NCBI GenBank assembly: GCA_951406725.2
Contig: OX597823.1
Coordinates: 88,598,001-88,662,000, forward strand
Direction of reading: 5' to 3'
Source: Octopus vulgaris
Taxonomy: Eukaryota
DNA length: 64,000 nucleotides
The translations under genes and the position numbers were made by a program. Under the pieces are notes generated by a model. The model was not told where the DNA came from and did not search any database. It saw only the letters and a program-made list of their open reading frames with translations. This document shows, piece by piece, positions 27,851-40,134 of the stretch; position 1 is the first letter of the stretch; each line of letters starts with the position of its first letter.

Positions 27851-30097
27851 ATTCGTAGGTGCCAGTACCTTTCCAATAACTGTGTAGGGGGCATGAAAAC
27901 GTGTGCGTATTCATGCTTACGGGCATTTGATGTGAATTTGTGCTCATGACTGTGTAAATGTTGATGTTAATATGTAAATCGTTTAAATGTGTAAAAGTCG
28001 ATATATGTAGTTGGAAGAGTGACGGCTACAAGTATTTACTCGTCCTTCCTTCGCTAAGCTTCAGGACAAAGCTGATCGAATGGAGACTCTTAATGTAAGT
28101 TACACTAACTGTGACAATCACGCCTTTGTTAAAAACATTAAGTTCCCTAATGCAACAGCTACTTAAGAAAGAATGTTGTCATCTTAGGTTTACATGGTTT
28201 CTATTTTTTGCAGATCCACCGACCACGAGGAAGACTCCACGTTCAGTTGCCGCTTGGACAGTATTTTAGCAAGATTCCGTTTATATTAATCTGCGTATTC
28301 TAGAAAATTCTATGAAATACATTAAACACTGTATATTTATTTCTCTCTCTGGAAAAACAACACATGTTTTTGAATTGGACGGAGGAAGCGACCGTATTTT
28401 GAAACTTGAAGTGGAACCCAGCGAATTTTGGTCTCGGAAAAACAAAACCGAAAAAAAAAAAAACGGTGGGGGAGACTTTACTAAACACCACGAGACTTTT
28501 GTACTGTCATCCTCCGATTTAACCTATCCTGTGATAAATATATATATATATATATATATATGATGGTGGGGTATAAATGGAACAACAACGCAATAGAGGG
28601 CATTAAAACGTTTGGACGGATAGACGACACAAAGGCGAACAACAGAAGCAACGATTAAAAGGACAGGCAAAAAAAGACGGGTCATTCTTCGCTTTCTTAC
28701 ATCAGTCAAGTCCCAGAAGTCACGACCATTTCGGACAGTTACACTTGAGATAGTCCGATCTGGATGTGCCCCAAAAAGTTTAAGCTAAAAGCATTAGGAC
28801 CCCTTTGTAAGAAAGCTAACGAATGTGTACGGCAACAAAGACGAAAAAAAAACACAAAAAAAAAACCGAGAACCTGTTACACAGTTACGAATACAACAAC
28901 AACAAATAACAATAGGCGTCTTTCGACTGAGAACAATTCAGATTGAGCTGATGTGTATAAAGTAAAAGCCTAAAAGCAGGAACATGGGAGTGGGACACAT
29001 TTATTTAACTTTTATTTATTTATGTACTTGCATACTTATATGTATGGAAGTATATATGTGCGTAGTTATATATATTCAAGCAAATCTTTGCAAATGCCAA
29101 ATTTGTACAAAGACTTTTATATTCCAGAAGATCAGTAAGAGATTCCTAAATAAATATTCACTCATCTAAGATACAGATATACGTAAATTTTATCGTTTGG
29201 ATACTTTGTTACGGATTTCGCAATACATATTCCACACGGGTTCCATCAGCGAAAGGAAAGTTCTTGTGTTACATTCAGATATATACCAAATCATATAAGT
29301 TACACCTTGAAGATACCTGTATTTACCTTTTTGTCTAACTAAATACTTCTTTATGCGTTTGTCTATCTATCTATCTGTCTATCTATCTATCTATCGACCT
29401 ATATATATATATATATCTGTCTGCCTGTCTGTCAATCTATTTCTCTATTACTTTGTCTGTCTCTCTGTATGTTTACCTATTTATCAGTCTATTAAACTAC
29501 CAATGAATTTAGCTGATACAGACATTCACAGAATCACGAACGAGTTGAAACACATATTAACATGCACACAGACACGAACACACACACCTGTAGAAAGTAG
29601 TTGCCGTAGATGCAGAAAGTACAAAAAAACGTGAGAGAGGCACTGTTGATATCGGTGCATATACCTAGTATATATACGTGCATATGAAGCCAAACACATA
29701 CATGTATGTGTATCTATTTATATCTGTCAATATATACACACATATACATATGTGCATGTGCGTATACCTTTTTATGTCTATCTATCAATGTATACACACA
29801 TACACACAAACATGTGCGTGCATCTATGAATGAATACACACACAAACGCACATATATTTATACAAGTGTGTGTTTCTATATCTATCAATATATACACACA
29901 TGCACCTTTGTAGCTTTAATTCTATATATCACAAAATGCTGACTCTATTTGGACTACTGCTGATGCTTCTGTGAAATGACCGACGAATCAGAGCTATACA
30001 GGTGCTTTTATATATGTATATACACGCACACATGTAATTTACAGACATATATACACACATATATATACACACATATACACACACACATATATATATA

Positions 30098-30490
30098 GGC
30101 GCAGGAGTGGTCATGTTTCCGAACCACATGGTTCCAGGTTCAGTCTCACTGCGTGGTCCCTTGACTATGTGTCTTCCTGTTAAAGCCTCGGGCCGACCGA
30201 AGCCTTGTAAATGGATTTGGTAGACAGAAACTGAAAGAAGCCCGTCGAATATACACATATACTTGTGTGTATATGCGTGTGTATATGTATGTATGTATGT
30301 ATGGAAGCATGTATGCATATGTCTTTCGGTTTGTCCCCACCCCCACCATCACATGACATCCGTGGTTCAGTAAAAAGACTGATAGAAAACTACTAGGCTT
30401 AAAAAGAATAAGTCCTGGGGTCGATTATAAAAAAGGCGGTGCTCCAGCACGGCCGCAGTCAATTGACTGAAACAAGTAAAAGGATAAAAG
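30098..30490 (+). mobile_element. SINE family A with small deletions
   Basis: GGCGCAGGAGTGG..CCACATGGTTCCAGGTTCAGTC..GCCTCGGGCCGACC..GAAACTGAAAGAAGCCCGTCG..GGCGGTGCTCCAGCACGGCCGCAGTCAATTGACTGAAACAAGTAAA. Confidence 0.9.
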
Positions 30491-30850
30491 AATATATATT
30501 CATACATATACACTCATATAGCATAGACACGCATAAATGCACACGCAAGCAAGCGTGCATTCACTCACACGAAAGAGCGGACATAAATACATGCCCCTAT
30601 GGTATGTATGTGTGTACGGTATTTATACGGACGCAAAAACATTCATATGCATATAGATGGATGTATAATAACGTCACAGATGGCAAGCAAATTAGAGATT
30701 ATTAAGTCACGGTAGAGATTAATACATGCTGCGTGTGATACTCCTTTCGATTAGAGGCACATGGCCTGTTGCGTATAATAATAAATTCTTCAAGTATTTA
30801 TGTGCATGTGTGTATGTTCGGGCAAGTGTTTTGTTATATAGCCGGAGCAG

Positions 30851-31250
30851 AAGGCGGCGAGCTGGCAGATTCGTTAGCACGCCGGGCGAAATGTCAGCGT
30901 TATTTCGTCTGCCACTACGTTCTGAGTTCAAATTCCGCCGAGGTCGTCTTTGTCATTCATCCTTTCGGGATCGATTAAATAAGTACCAGTTACGCACTGG
31001 GATCGATGTAATCTACTTAATCCATTTATCTGTCTTTGTTTGTCCCCTCTGTGTTTAGCCCCTTGTGTGTAGTAAAGAAATAGGTATTTCGTCTGCCGAT
31101 ACGTTCTGAGTTCAAATTCCGCCGAGGTCGATTTTGCCTTTCATCCTTTCGGGATCGATAAATCAAGTATCAGTCGCGTACTGGAGTCGATCTAATCGAC
31201 TGGCCCCTTCCACTAAATTTCCGACCTTGTGCCTAGTGTAGAAAAGAATA
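30851..31250 (+). mobile_element. SINE family B, young copy with duplicated body
   Basis: AAGGCGGCGAGCTGGCAGATTCGTTAGCACGCCGGGCGAAATG..; the block TATTTCGTCTGCC..ACGTTCTGAGTTCAAATTCCGCCGAGGTCG..CATCCTTTCGGGATCGAT occurs twice (about 30901 and 31085). Confidence 0.9.
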
Positions 31251-31469
31251 TAGCCGGAGCAGACCAGTTTTACAATATACACGCATATGTGTGGTGGGTG
31301 GGGGCTGTGTGTGTGTGGCTGGGTATGTGTTCGTGTGCATACTTGTATGTGTGTGTGTATGAATGTATGTATGAATGGGTTATATATGGGTGTGTGCAGG
31401 TGTGTGTGTGTTTGTGTGTGTATATGCTGTGTGTGTGGTGCGTGTGTGTGTATGCAGTATGTTGTGTTT

Positions 31470-31660
31470 TTCTATTTGTCTTTGTCCCCCAAAATAGCTT
31501 GAAAACCAGTGTTGGTTTGTTTACGTTTGCGTGACCTAGAAGTTCGACAAAAGATATGGATACAGTAATTACGAAAGATAAGGATTAATTTGTTTGAATA
31601 AACCTTTCAAACTGATCCAGCATGGCCGCAGTCCAATGACTGAGAGAAGTAAAAGATAAA
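31470..31660 (+). mobile_element. SINE family A, 3' part
   Basis: TTTGTCCCCC..GTGTTGGTTTGTTTACGT..TCCAGCATGGCCGCAGTCCAATGACTGAGAGAAGTAAAAGA. Confidence 0.7.
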
Positions 31661-32334
31661 GATGAATATGTGTGTGTGTATGTGTGTCTATCGTGTTTGT
31701 GTGTGCGCGCGTGTGTGTGTGCGTGTATGTATGCGTAAATGTGTGTGTATGCTTGTGTGTGTGCATTTGCGTGTGTATGCTTTTGTGTGTGTATGTATGT
31801 GTACGCGCGTGTGTGTGTTTGTGTATGCGTAAGTGTTTGTGTGTGTATGCGTGTGTGTGTAAGCGCGCTAGTGTGTGTAGGTGCATGTATGCGTGTATGT
31901 GTATGTATGCTTGTGTGTGTGTATTTGTGTATGTATGTGTACGTGTGTGTGTGTGTGCATGTGTGTGTATGCGTGTGTGTGGTTGTGTGTGTGTAAAACA
32001 ACGAAATATTACTAGTTTTTTTTTTACCATTCCTAAGTTTCATTTACGCTGTTGGTAGTTTTCTTTTTTATATTTTCTATAATCCATCGTAACGTATATA
32101 TTTAACTTCTCCATGTGAAAGTCGAGAGTGAAGTGATCCGTGACAAGACTAAAGACACCCGAAGATAGGCGGAAGAAACTTAATGTTAACAGCACAACCA
32201 TCTGTGGATTACTCGTAGTTACGACTTTAAGTGATAGACTAAACATTCCAACCAAGGTATTCTGTATGCATTCACGCACTCACACGTACACACGTACACT
32301 ACACGAGTACACACTGATGTATTCATTGTATACA

Positions 32335-32496
32335 GAAGTGGCTGTGTGGTAAGTAGCTTGCTTACGAGCCACATGGTTCCGGGTTCAGTCCCACTGCGTG
32401 GCACCTTGGGCAAGTGTCCTCTGCTAGAGCCTCGGGCTAACCAAAGCCTTGTGAGTGGATTTAGTAGACGGAAACTGAAAGAAGCCCGTCGTGTAG

Positions 32497-32538
<42 letters not shown>

Positions 32539-32735
32539 TTGTGTGCCTGTGTTTGTGTCGCTTGACAACCGATGCTGGTGTGTTTACGTCACCGTAACTT
32601 AGCGGTTGGGCAAAAAGAAGCCGATAGAATAAGTACTAGGCTTACAAATAATAAGTTCTGGGGTCGATTTGCTCGACTAAAGGCGGTGCTCCAGCATGGC
32701 CACAGTCAAATGACTGAAACAAGTAAGAGAGTAAA
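32335..32735 (+). mobile_element. SINE family A, full-length, best-preserved copy
   Basis: A box TGGCTGTGTGG, B box GGTTCAGTCCC, CORE-like GGCACCTTGGGCAAGTGTC, internal (TG)n, 3' GGCGGTGCTCCAGCATGGCCACAGTCAAATGACTGAAACAAGTAA. Confidence 0.92.
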
Positions 32736-33489
32736 ACAGTATATAGAGATATATGTATACATCTATACATGTCACATACATATACGTTCAAATGTGGGTG
32801 TGTCTGTGTTTGTGTGTGCGCGTGTGCGCGCATCCGTTCTCGTGTGCCTAAATGTAGGGTGAAGAGCTTCAATAAAGTTTCCATCTACCTAATTTTACTC
32901 GCATACATTTGTAGAAGGGAGGCAATATATGTGACATTTTACCATCACGCCACACCGTGAAATCGTGCCTTGGACGTTGGAGTTGCAAATTTTCGGCCGA
33001 ACCGCGTGTGTATCCATTTATCCGTCTGTGTGTGTGTATGTGTGTGCGCGCGCCTACGTACGTAAGTTTGTGTGTGTACACACATACAGGAAAAAAAAAG
33101 TTGATAGAGAAAAAAAAAACGTTAGCAGATAACATTAGCTAAACAGAAGACGTTCGCTGATATCTACAATTCTCTGTAGATATCCATAGATATATAATAA
33201 TTACGAGTTTAGCAATGGAAGTTCTATTCAATGCGGAATACGAACAAAATTTTGAAACACAGATACGGTAATCCTGCAATAAACTATTTAAATAACTTGG
33301 AGTTAACGGTTTAACACTTTCTAGTCAAACGCAGGTTTCATCAGGTACAGTTTCATTTCTGTGATCAACTGATGCCTCCACAGGGAACAGAGCAATCGTA
33401 ACGTTACTATTACAACTTCTTGCAGAAGACGACACCGGGATGGTTTCGAAATTTTAATAGACTTACAAACGACGTCGCTCCAGACTAAA

Positions 33490-34450
33490 TATACGGATTT
33501 CTTAACTAAACACGAAAAACAATTCATTAAAAAAATGTTTAAAGACCAAGACAATCCTGTCTGTAATATAAAGCAAACGCACAAACTACTGACGCACATA
33601 AATTCTAACCCTACAGGCATAGCTTGTTTTCGAGTATAAGATCGAGAAATTAAATTTTTTAACAAGTTGTAAAGAACTAAAGTAGTTCAAACCATGCGTG
33701 CCAATAATTTTCCTATACTGCATTATAATTTTAATTTGATAAGAGTCGAAGAAGGTAGATCTTGTGTTACTGATACAGTGTTTAATAAAGGTTGTAAGAA
33801 TTCCATAGAAACGGCGAATGTTGTCTTTGTACAAGTGTAGTTATAATAATGATTTAGTAAAAGTAGTCTAAAGGAATGGCCTGTATTATGGATAATATTG
33901 CATGTACTACATTAGCTGGGGAAAGGTTTTAGACATTTAAGGGGATTCTGGGAGCGGTTAATTGCAGCTCTTCATTAGTGGGTTTTTCATTTGTTTTCAT
34001 GCGAAAAAATTATCTATACCGAAGGTAAAAGGTTTAATCAAACAACTCAGCAGATGTTGCAAATACATCGATGATATTGCTATTCATAACTAAATCTATT
34101 TCGAATATTTTCTTGAGAAAAATCTATCCGAATGGTCTAGAAGCGACTAGAAATAGTAACATGATAGGTGGGGTTAACTTTTAGACTTTAAAGTCTAAAT
34201 GAAAAAAAAAAAGATTTTATGGCAAGTTCTTTATTTTCGCATTGATCTTTACTCTCGGCGAAAAGTAAAATTCATTGTAAGAATTCAGGTTATTAGATAA
34301 GGTAGAATTATAAATGAAGTTGGAATGCGCTTGGAGAGAATTAAAATGTTATCTATACAAATGGAGAAACAGGATTACCATAAGAAAAGATTAAGTAAAT
34401 GTTCTAACTGTGGTTTTGGGAGGGAGAGTGAAATTTTGAGAAAATATGGA
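33490..34450 (+). pseudogene. Decayed Penelope-like element reverse transcriptase (Naiad-type motifs)
   Basis: Hand translation across stops and frameshifts gives motifs in the expected order: CNIKQTHKLLTHI; TMRANNFPILHYNF..TDTVFNKG; KGILGAVNCSSSLVG..HLFSCE (cf. GIPMGxNCxPLLAxLxLxxxE); LIKQLSRCCKYIDDIAIHN (YIDD at 34064-34075); LRKIYPNGLEAT..VNF(L)DFKV; ending ..EILRKYG. Confidence 0.75.
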
Positions 34451-35548
34451 ATGGTCGCCAGTTTGCAATTCAGCGGAGTTCTTAGACGCTGTTTGTTTTA
34501 ATTAAGTGTGAAAGTGAAGTCGCTATTTTGCAGTTTATGAATTGGTTGTTATATCGTATTGTTTGCAGCATCACTTCCGTTAGGAGGATGGAACGGACTT
34601 CTACCTGTTGAATGTTTACCGTCTTTTGGTTTTTCGCAGCGATGTCGCTAACACGTGAGTGATTTCGTTATTTTCTTCGCAGCACATGGACTTTACTTGA
34701 TTTAAATGAAAAATATGTTCAACGTGATTTGTTTATTCTAGCCATTTTTGTGTGCGTTTCAGGTGAAAATATTAGTTTAAATATATTCTATAATTATGTT
34801 TATTCATTAGTTATTGGTTTTGTTTGGGTTATGTCCAAACTGTAAGCATTTAATGCTGTATGCTTAAATGGAAATCTATTGAGTTTGTTTGCAATCACGT
34901 CCTTTTATTTATTTAGTGATTTGTTATAATTTGGAAGGTTTGTCATATGTATAGCATATATTTCTTTACATTCTATTTACTTTTAATTAGCAATTTGTTT
35001 GGTTAATTTATTTTCTATCATTAGACATATATTTAATAGATATTTATCATTTGTATTTTATTTCCTTCTGTGCGGTTCAAGGTCGCTGGTCAAAAGGTTC
35101 CGTTAGTTTACATTCGGTCCATTTTTGGTGTATTTCAATGTTTGGAAAGTGTTAAAGAGTGCAAAACAGCACATATATTGGTCTATGTTCATGAATTAAT
35201 CTGTAAGTTTGCTATCCATTGCGTTATGCAACAGTGATTCAGTCAATGTTTCTCAATAAATATAGCCTGCTGGTTCTACTTTATTCTGTAGTTTTTGAGA
35301 TAGCAAAGTCTTTTGAGGGGACTAATTTCCATTTTCTATAGATACTACATTTTAAATAAATGTAAACGTACCGCACATATCACGCTAGTGTTTCGCTACT
35401 TCTCTGTTGATTCTCTAACAGTGTTTATATTTTTAACGCTATTGGTACCGCCTGCCTAAGTTTCGAAACTATAGCGATATGAACTTGGCAGCTGATGAGG
35501 GGAATATATGTTTGATATGCTTATTGAACATAAATGTTATATCTGGGA

Positions 35549-36310
35549 TCTCGTTCTTCTGAGATGTCCTCCTTGTTGTCGTACGGTTGAACACGTTAAA
35601 GAGTTCATGGTTCATTACATATTACATACATTCCATAATATTGTCTTATTACATACATTCCATAATATTGTCTTATTACATACATTCTATAATATTGTCT
35701 TCGCTTGGTGATCTTATTATGGTAGATAGAATGACAATTAATAATTTTTAATTTTAATAGGTTGTGTGGCATATGTGTGTGGGTGTGTGTATGTGTGTGT
35801 GTGTAGGGGTGAGCGGACATACAAAAGAAAATGGCACTCAACACATTTAGTAGGAGTTTCAAGTATCATTTAAAACAGTTTATTCGGCTCCATGTGACTT
35901 AAAATTTCTCGGGTCTCTTACAGAAGTCCGTCACTTTCAGGCTTTATGGATTACAAAAGGACTTTACATTAACGATGTGTTTCCGTTAGACGTCTGCGAA
36001 ACTTTGTCATATGCAGCCGAACCAAAATGTTATATATAATGTGTGTGTGTGTGACCCTTATCAGCTGAACGCGTAGTACATATTGCTTTTTAGTTTGTTT
36101 GTCCACTCACCCCTACACACACATATACACTCACCCACACACATATGCCACACAATCTGTCAAAACTAGAAACCATTAATTGTCATTCTATCTACCATAA
36201 TAAGGTCACCAAATGGAGACAATATTATGGAATGTATGTAATAAGCATGAACCATGAACTATTTAACATGTTCAACCTTACGAGAACGGAGGACATCTCA
36301 GAAGAACGAG
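35549..36310. repeat. Inverted repeat pair (35549-35830 and 36086-36310) downstream of the Penelope-like RT
   Basis: CTCGTTCTTCTGAGATGTCCTCC..TGGTAGATAGAATGACAATTAAT..GTAGGGGTGAG matches, inverted, CTCACCCCTAC..ATTAATTGTCATTCTATCTACCA..GGAGGACATCTCAGAAGAACGAG. The left arm has a 27-bp unit in three copies (about 35622-35700). Confidence 0.9.
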
Positions 36311-36493
36311 CGTATAGATTTTAAGTTTAAAAAAGTGTGAAAGGAAAAGTCGAAAGCAGTCCACAGGATTCGAAAACACATTCTGTAAACATGGCGATTA
36401 GTTAAAAAACATACATGAGGAAGAAATCAAAAACTAAAGAAGTAGGACAACAGACCAGAAAAATGTTGTTACAAAGCAGCAAGAGCTTAAAGA

Positions 36494-36524
<31 letters not shown>

Positions 36525-36544
36525 GCTGTGGCACTTTGACTTTA

Positions 36545-36586
<42 letters not shown>

Positions 36587-37324
36587 TGTGTGTATGTACA
36601 TTCGAAAATGTGATAAGAAAGAGTTGTTGAAAAGAAAAGACAACGTAAACAAATGGCTGGAGATGGTATAAGTCAATGAATTTAAATTCACGTCTCTCAT
36701 TTCTGAATTCTATTTGTGCTCTCTCTCTCTTTTTCTCCCTCTCTCTTTCACTAAGAAGAAGAAGAAAAAGAAGAGGAAGAAGAACCTGACTAAGAGGCAG
36801 ACTGGTATTACATTCTATGTCCAGACAGTGTAATACAACAGATTATCTTCTTTAGTTTTCTTACGCCATTGTCTGTGTGAACCAAATATATCATAACAGT
36901 CACGTTTGGACGAACTCATATTGTAGCGTTGACATTTTATTCAATATTTCGAGTAACACACATGCGTACACACATACATGCATGTACATATATATGAGTG
37001 CGTGTGTGTGTGTACGCATAATATATAACTATACATCTATGTAAGCATATATATATATATATATATGCACACATGTATGCATTAACACAAACATACACAT
37101 ACATACACGCTGTCTGTTAACGTAGTAGTTGATGGGCTCATGTACAACTTATGTGGTATGCTTTAGAAAACTGTTTGGCAAATTAGGAAAAGTAGTTGCG
37201 TGACAGCCCATCAAAACTTTGTGTAAAGGCTCACTGCGTATGTGGCAGTTCGTGTTTATGTATATAAACAGCATAGAAGTACAGATATTTTTGTATGAAA
37301 GTAGTGACATACAAATATCGTGTC

Positions 37325-37457
37325 ACTCCATAAGTTACAACGACGAGGGTTCCAGTTGTCGCTCAATAAACACCCAAAACGCCCAGTCTTGGAATCGAAA
37401 CCGCGACCCAACGCCCGCAAGTCCACTGCCCTAACCACTGGGCTATTGTGCTTCCAC
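37325..37457 (-). mobile_element. tRNA-derived SINE head fragment
   Basis: Minus strand: GTGGAAGCACAATAGCCCAGTGGTTAGGGCAGTGGACT..GGTTTCGATTCCAAGACTGGGCG (A and B boxes). Confidence 0.7.
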
Positions 37458-37883
37458 AACATACAAATATACCCAACACTAATACATTACCATAAAGTTA
37501 CGAAAAATACTATGGCGTCCTGGGAGACATATCCAGAATCACCTAGATTTTATCAGGGATCGTGAAAATTAGCCTAAGAAGAATCAATTTAAAGACATTT
37601 TATTGATGAAATATCCATTGTGCAATTTGCATCTACTGCCCCTTTCATTCAACTCACGTCAAGCTCTATTAAGAAACAAAGAATGCCTTTCCATGTGTCC
37701 ATTTCTGCAAAGGGACGATTTAATATTCAATATTGCCTCGTGATACAAACATAAAATCTAAAATATCTCAGGAAATTCTGAAAGACGCGCAGTTATGGGT
37801 ATGTAGAAAGAAGTTTGCTTTCCAACCCCATGGTTCTGAGTTCAATCTCAATGGGTAGCACATTGGGCAAGCATTTTCTATTA

Positions 37884-38150
37884 AATGCTGAAGTGAATCT
37901 AACGGTTTTTATGTGTTTTAAAATGGCTTATGAACACCTTCCACGCTGCAATTATTTTTGTTTCAGAACAAGATCTCAGATCAAGTCATTTGCTATGCAA
38001 GTACATCTCGTAAAGAATCAAAGTGTTTATTGAAACATAATAAAACGAATGGAGAATACATCTTATTAACTGAGCGGATTTCGTTAAAAACTAAATAGCA
38101 ATTCATAACGTTTCATGAATTTCGGACTTAAAACAGAAGGTCGTGAAGTT
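37884..38150 (+). repeat. Fragment of the G3-C8 hammerhead repeat family, inverted relative to 39210-39460
   Basis: TGCTGAAGTGAATCTAACGG..ATGGCTTATGAACACCTTCCACGCTGCA..GATCTCAGATCAA..TATGCAAGTACATCTCGTAAAGA..GGAGAATACATCTTATTAACT is the reverse complement of 39277-39460; abuts a SINE A head fragment (about 37800-37880). Confidence 0.85.
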
Positions 38151-38511
38151 TGGACATGAACGATAACCCGAGATTGCTGCAAAAATTAGTTGAAGCTTTC
38201 TTGACCGCATTGCAGCGAGATGGCGAATAGTATAACATTGATGTGTTTACTAATATTGTCGGATTATCTGCTCAGTTTACTACAAAATACATTCGTTGAT
38301 TTTCAGCATTATCAACAGTATCATTTTCCGTGTATATACACACACGCATATATGCATCATACATAGATAACACTCGCACCCATATACACCCACGTATGTG
38401 TGTATATATATATATATTTGTGTGTATGTATGTGTATACATATATATATATATATGTGTATGTATGTGTATACATATATATATATGTGTGTGTGTGTATG
38501 TATGTGTATAC

Positions 38512-38552
<41 letters not shown>

Positions 38553-39209
38553 CATATATATATATATGTGTGTGTGTGTATATATATATATACACACATA
38601 GACACATATATATGCATACATATTCGATTCCAGTATAAAATCTCATTTTCACAATGTATTCAGACATTGACCAAGAGCATATATGCATATATTCATAAAT
38701 GTAAATATATGTAAATATGTATATACATTTTTTTTCTTGTTCTCACTAGCTAAAACATTTTAAAGCTACATACATAAGAATGCGCTCCTGTCAGAACGGA
38801 GGGTGTACATCGGATCTCACACGATAGTATCAAGACTACTGTTATTGCTGCATGTAGCAATTTCTAGTCTATATAATTGACGGCTGCTGCATTGAATGCT
38901 AATTCATATATACATACATATTGTTTATTATCTACATCCAGCAAGCGCTGCAGGACATTTCTGTAATCAGTTGGCGACTGACTATCATCATCATTTTTTT
39001 TCAGTCTTCTGATATTATCACAACCCCGAGCGATGCCTAACTCGATGAAACTACAGAGGGAACGTCTAGTGGTTTACTAACAAGTAATTCCTGAAGGAGA
39101 CACATATCTATTAGTATTCAAAACAAGATTAATGGAAAAGCAATTGCCAATTTGGCAAACAAAAATAGTTGTAATAAATTTTACATCACTGACTACGAAA
39201 TACTAGCAT

Positions 39210-39635
39210 TCGCAAACGTGCGACCTTCATCTTCCGCCATATATCAGTCCAGATATATCGCATAGTTCATTCACCTTAGTTAATAAGATGTATTCTCCTT
39301 ACGTTTTATTATGTTTCAAGAAACACATTGAATCTTTACGAGATGTACTTGCATAGAAAATGATTTGATCTGAGATCGTGTGCTGAAACAAAAATAACTG
39401 CAGCGTGGAAGGTGTTCATAAGCCATTTAAAAATACACAAAAGCCGATAGATTCACTTCAATACTTAAATTTAATTTGTCAAAATATTTTCGTCGCTTTG
39501 AGACCGCGACCTGTTCACTGACAAAATTTCTTAAGCGACGAAAATATTTTGACAAATTAAATTTAAGTGCTGAAGTGAATCTATCGGCTTTTGTGTATTT
39601 GTAATTGGCTTATGAACACCTCTCACGCTGCAGTT
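39210..39635 (-). mobile_element. Penelope-like terminal repeat or retrozyme fragment with an inverted partial copy (103-bp palindrome arms)
   Basis: Arms 39396-39498 and 39533-39635 are near-perfect reverse complements around a 34-nt spacer; a hammerhead motif spans the left arm and spacer. Confidence 0.75.
39475..39525 (-). ncRNA. Minimal type I hammerhead motif with G3-C8 swapped core
   Basis: Minus strand: UUUGUCA GUGAACA G GUCGC-GGUCUCAAA-GCGAC GAAA AUAU U U UGACAAA. 7-bp helix I, 5-bp helix II, palindromic AAAAUAUUUU helix III region, UUU triplet. Confidence 0.6.
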
Positions 39636-40086
39636 GACTTTGATTCTTATGAATGGAAAAATGGAGTATAACCACCCATTCTAGTTTGGAGCTGTCGGAA
39701 ACAGTTTGAACTTAACTCGCAGATCTGGCTCTTACATCTCTAACAAAGTTCACTCCGTGCACAGTGAACATTTTTGGCTGATGATGCTGTTTTTAGATAG
39801 GCGCAATATCATTTGCCTTTGTTCGATAATGTAGTTCATACTGAGAAGGTGCCGAACGATCTAAAAGTTCAATGTAGGAGCAGTGATTTAGTGTACGAAT
39901 AAATATCAGACACCAAAGTCACATTCTACAGATACTAAAAATATGCTGTCAACTTCCGTGAGATTTCAAGGCTCGCCTTCTCGTTATCAGTGAATGTTTA
40001 TAATGTAGATTGTTCTCCTGGATGAAACTGAGAGAGAGAGACAAACAATGAGAAGGAAATGGCTAAGAATGTCGTGTATCGTGCTG

Positions 40087-40134
<48 letters not shown>

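Noticed and set aside
32335-32420. tRNA gene (A and B boxes present; also at 27460-27546 and 37380-37457)
   Set aside because: No closed cloverleaf and each runs into a SINE body; these are tRNA-derived SINE heads.
35622-35700. CRISPR-like 27-bp repeats
   Set aside because: Directly adjacent tandem copies with no spacers, in eukaryotic DNA with no cas genes.
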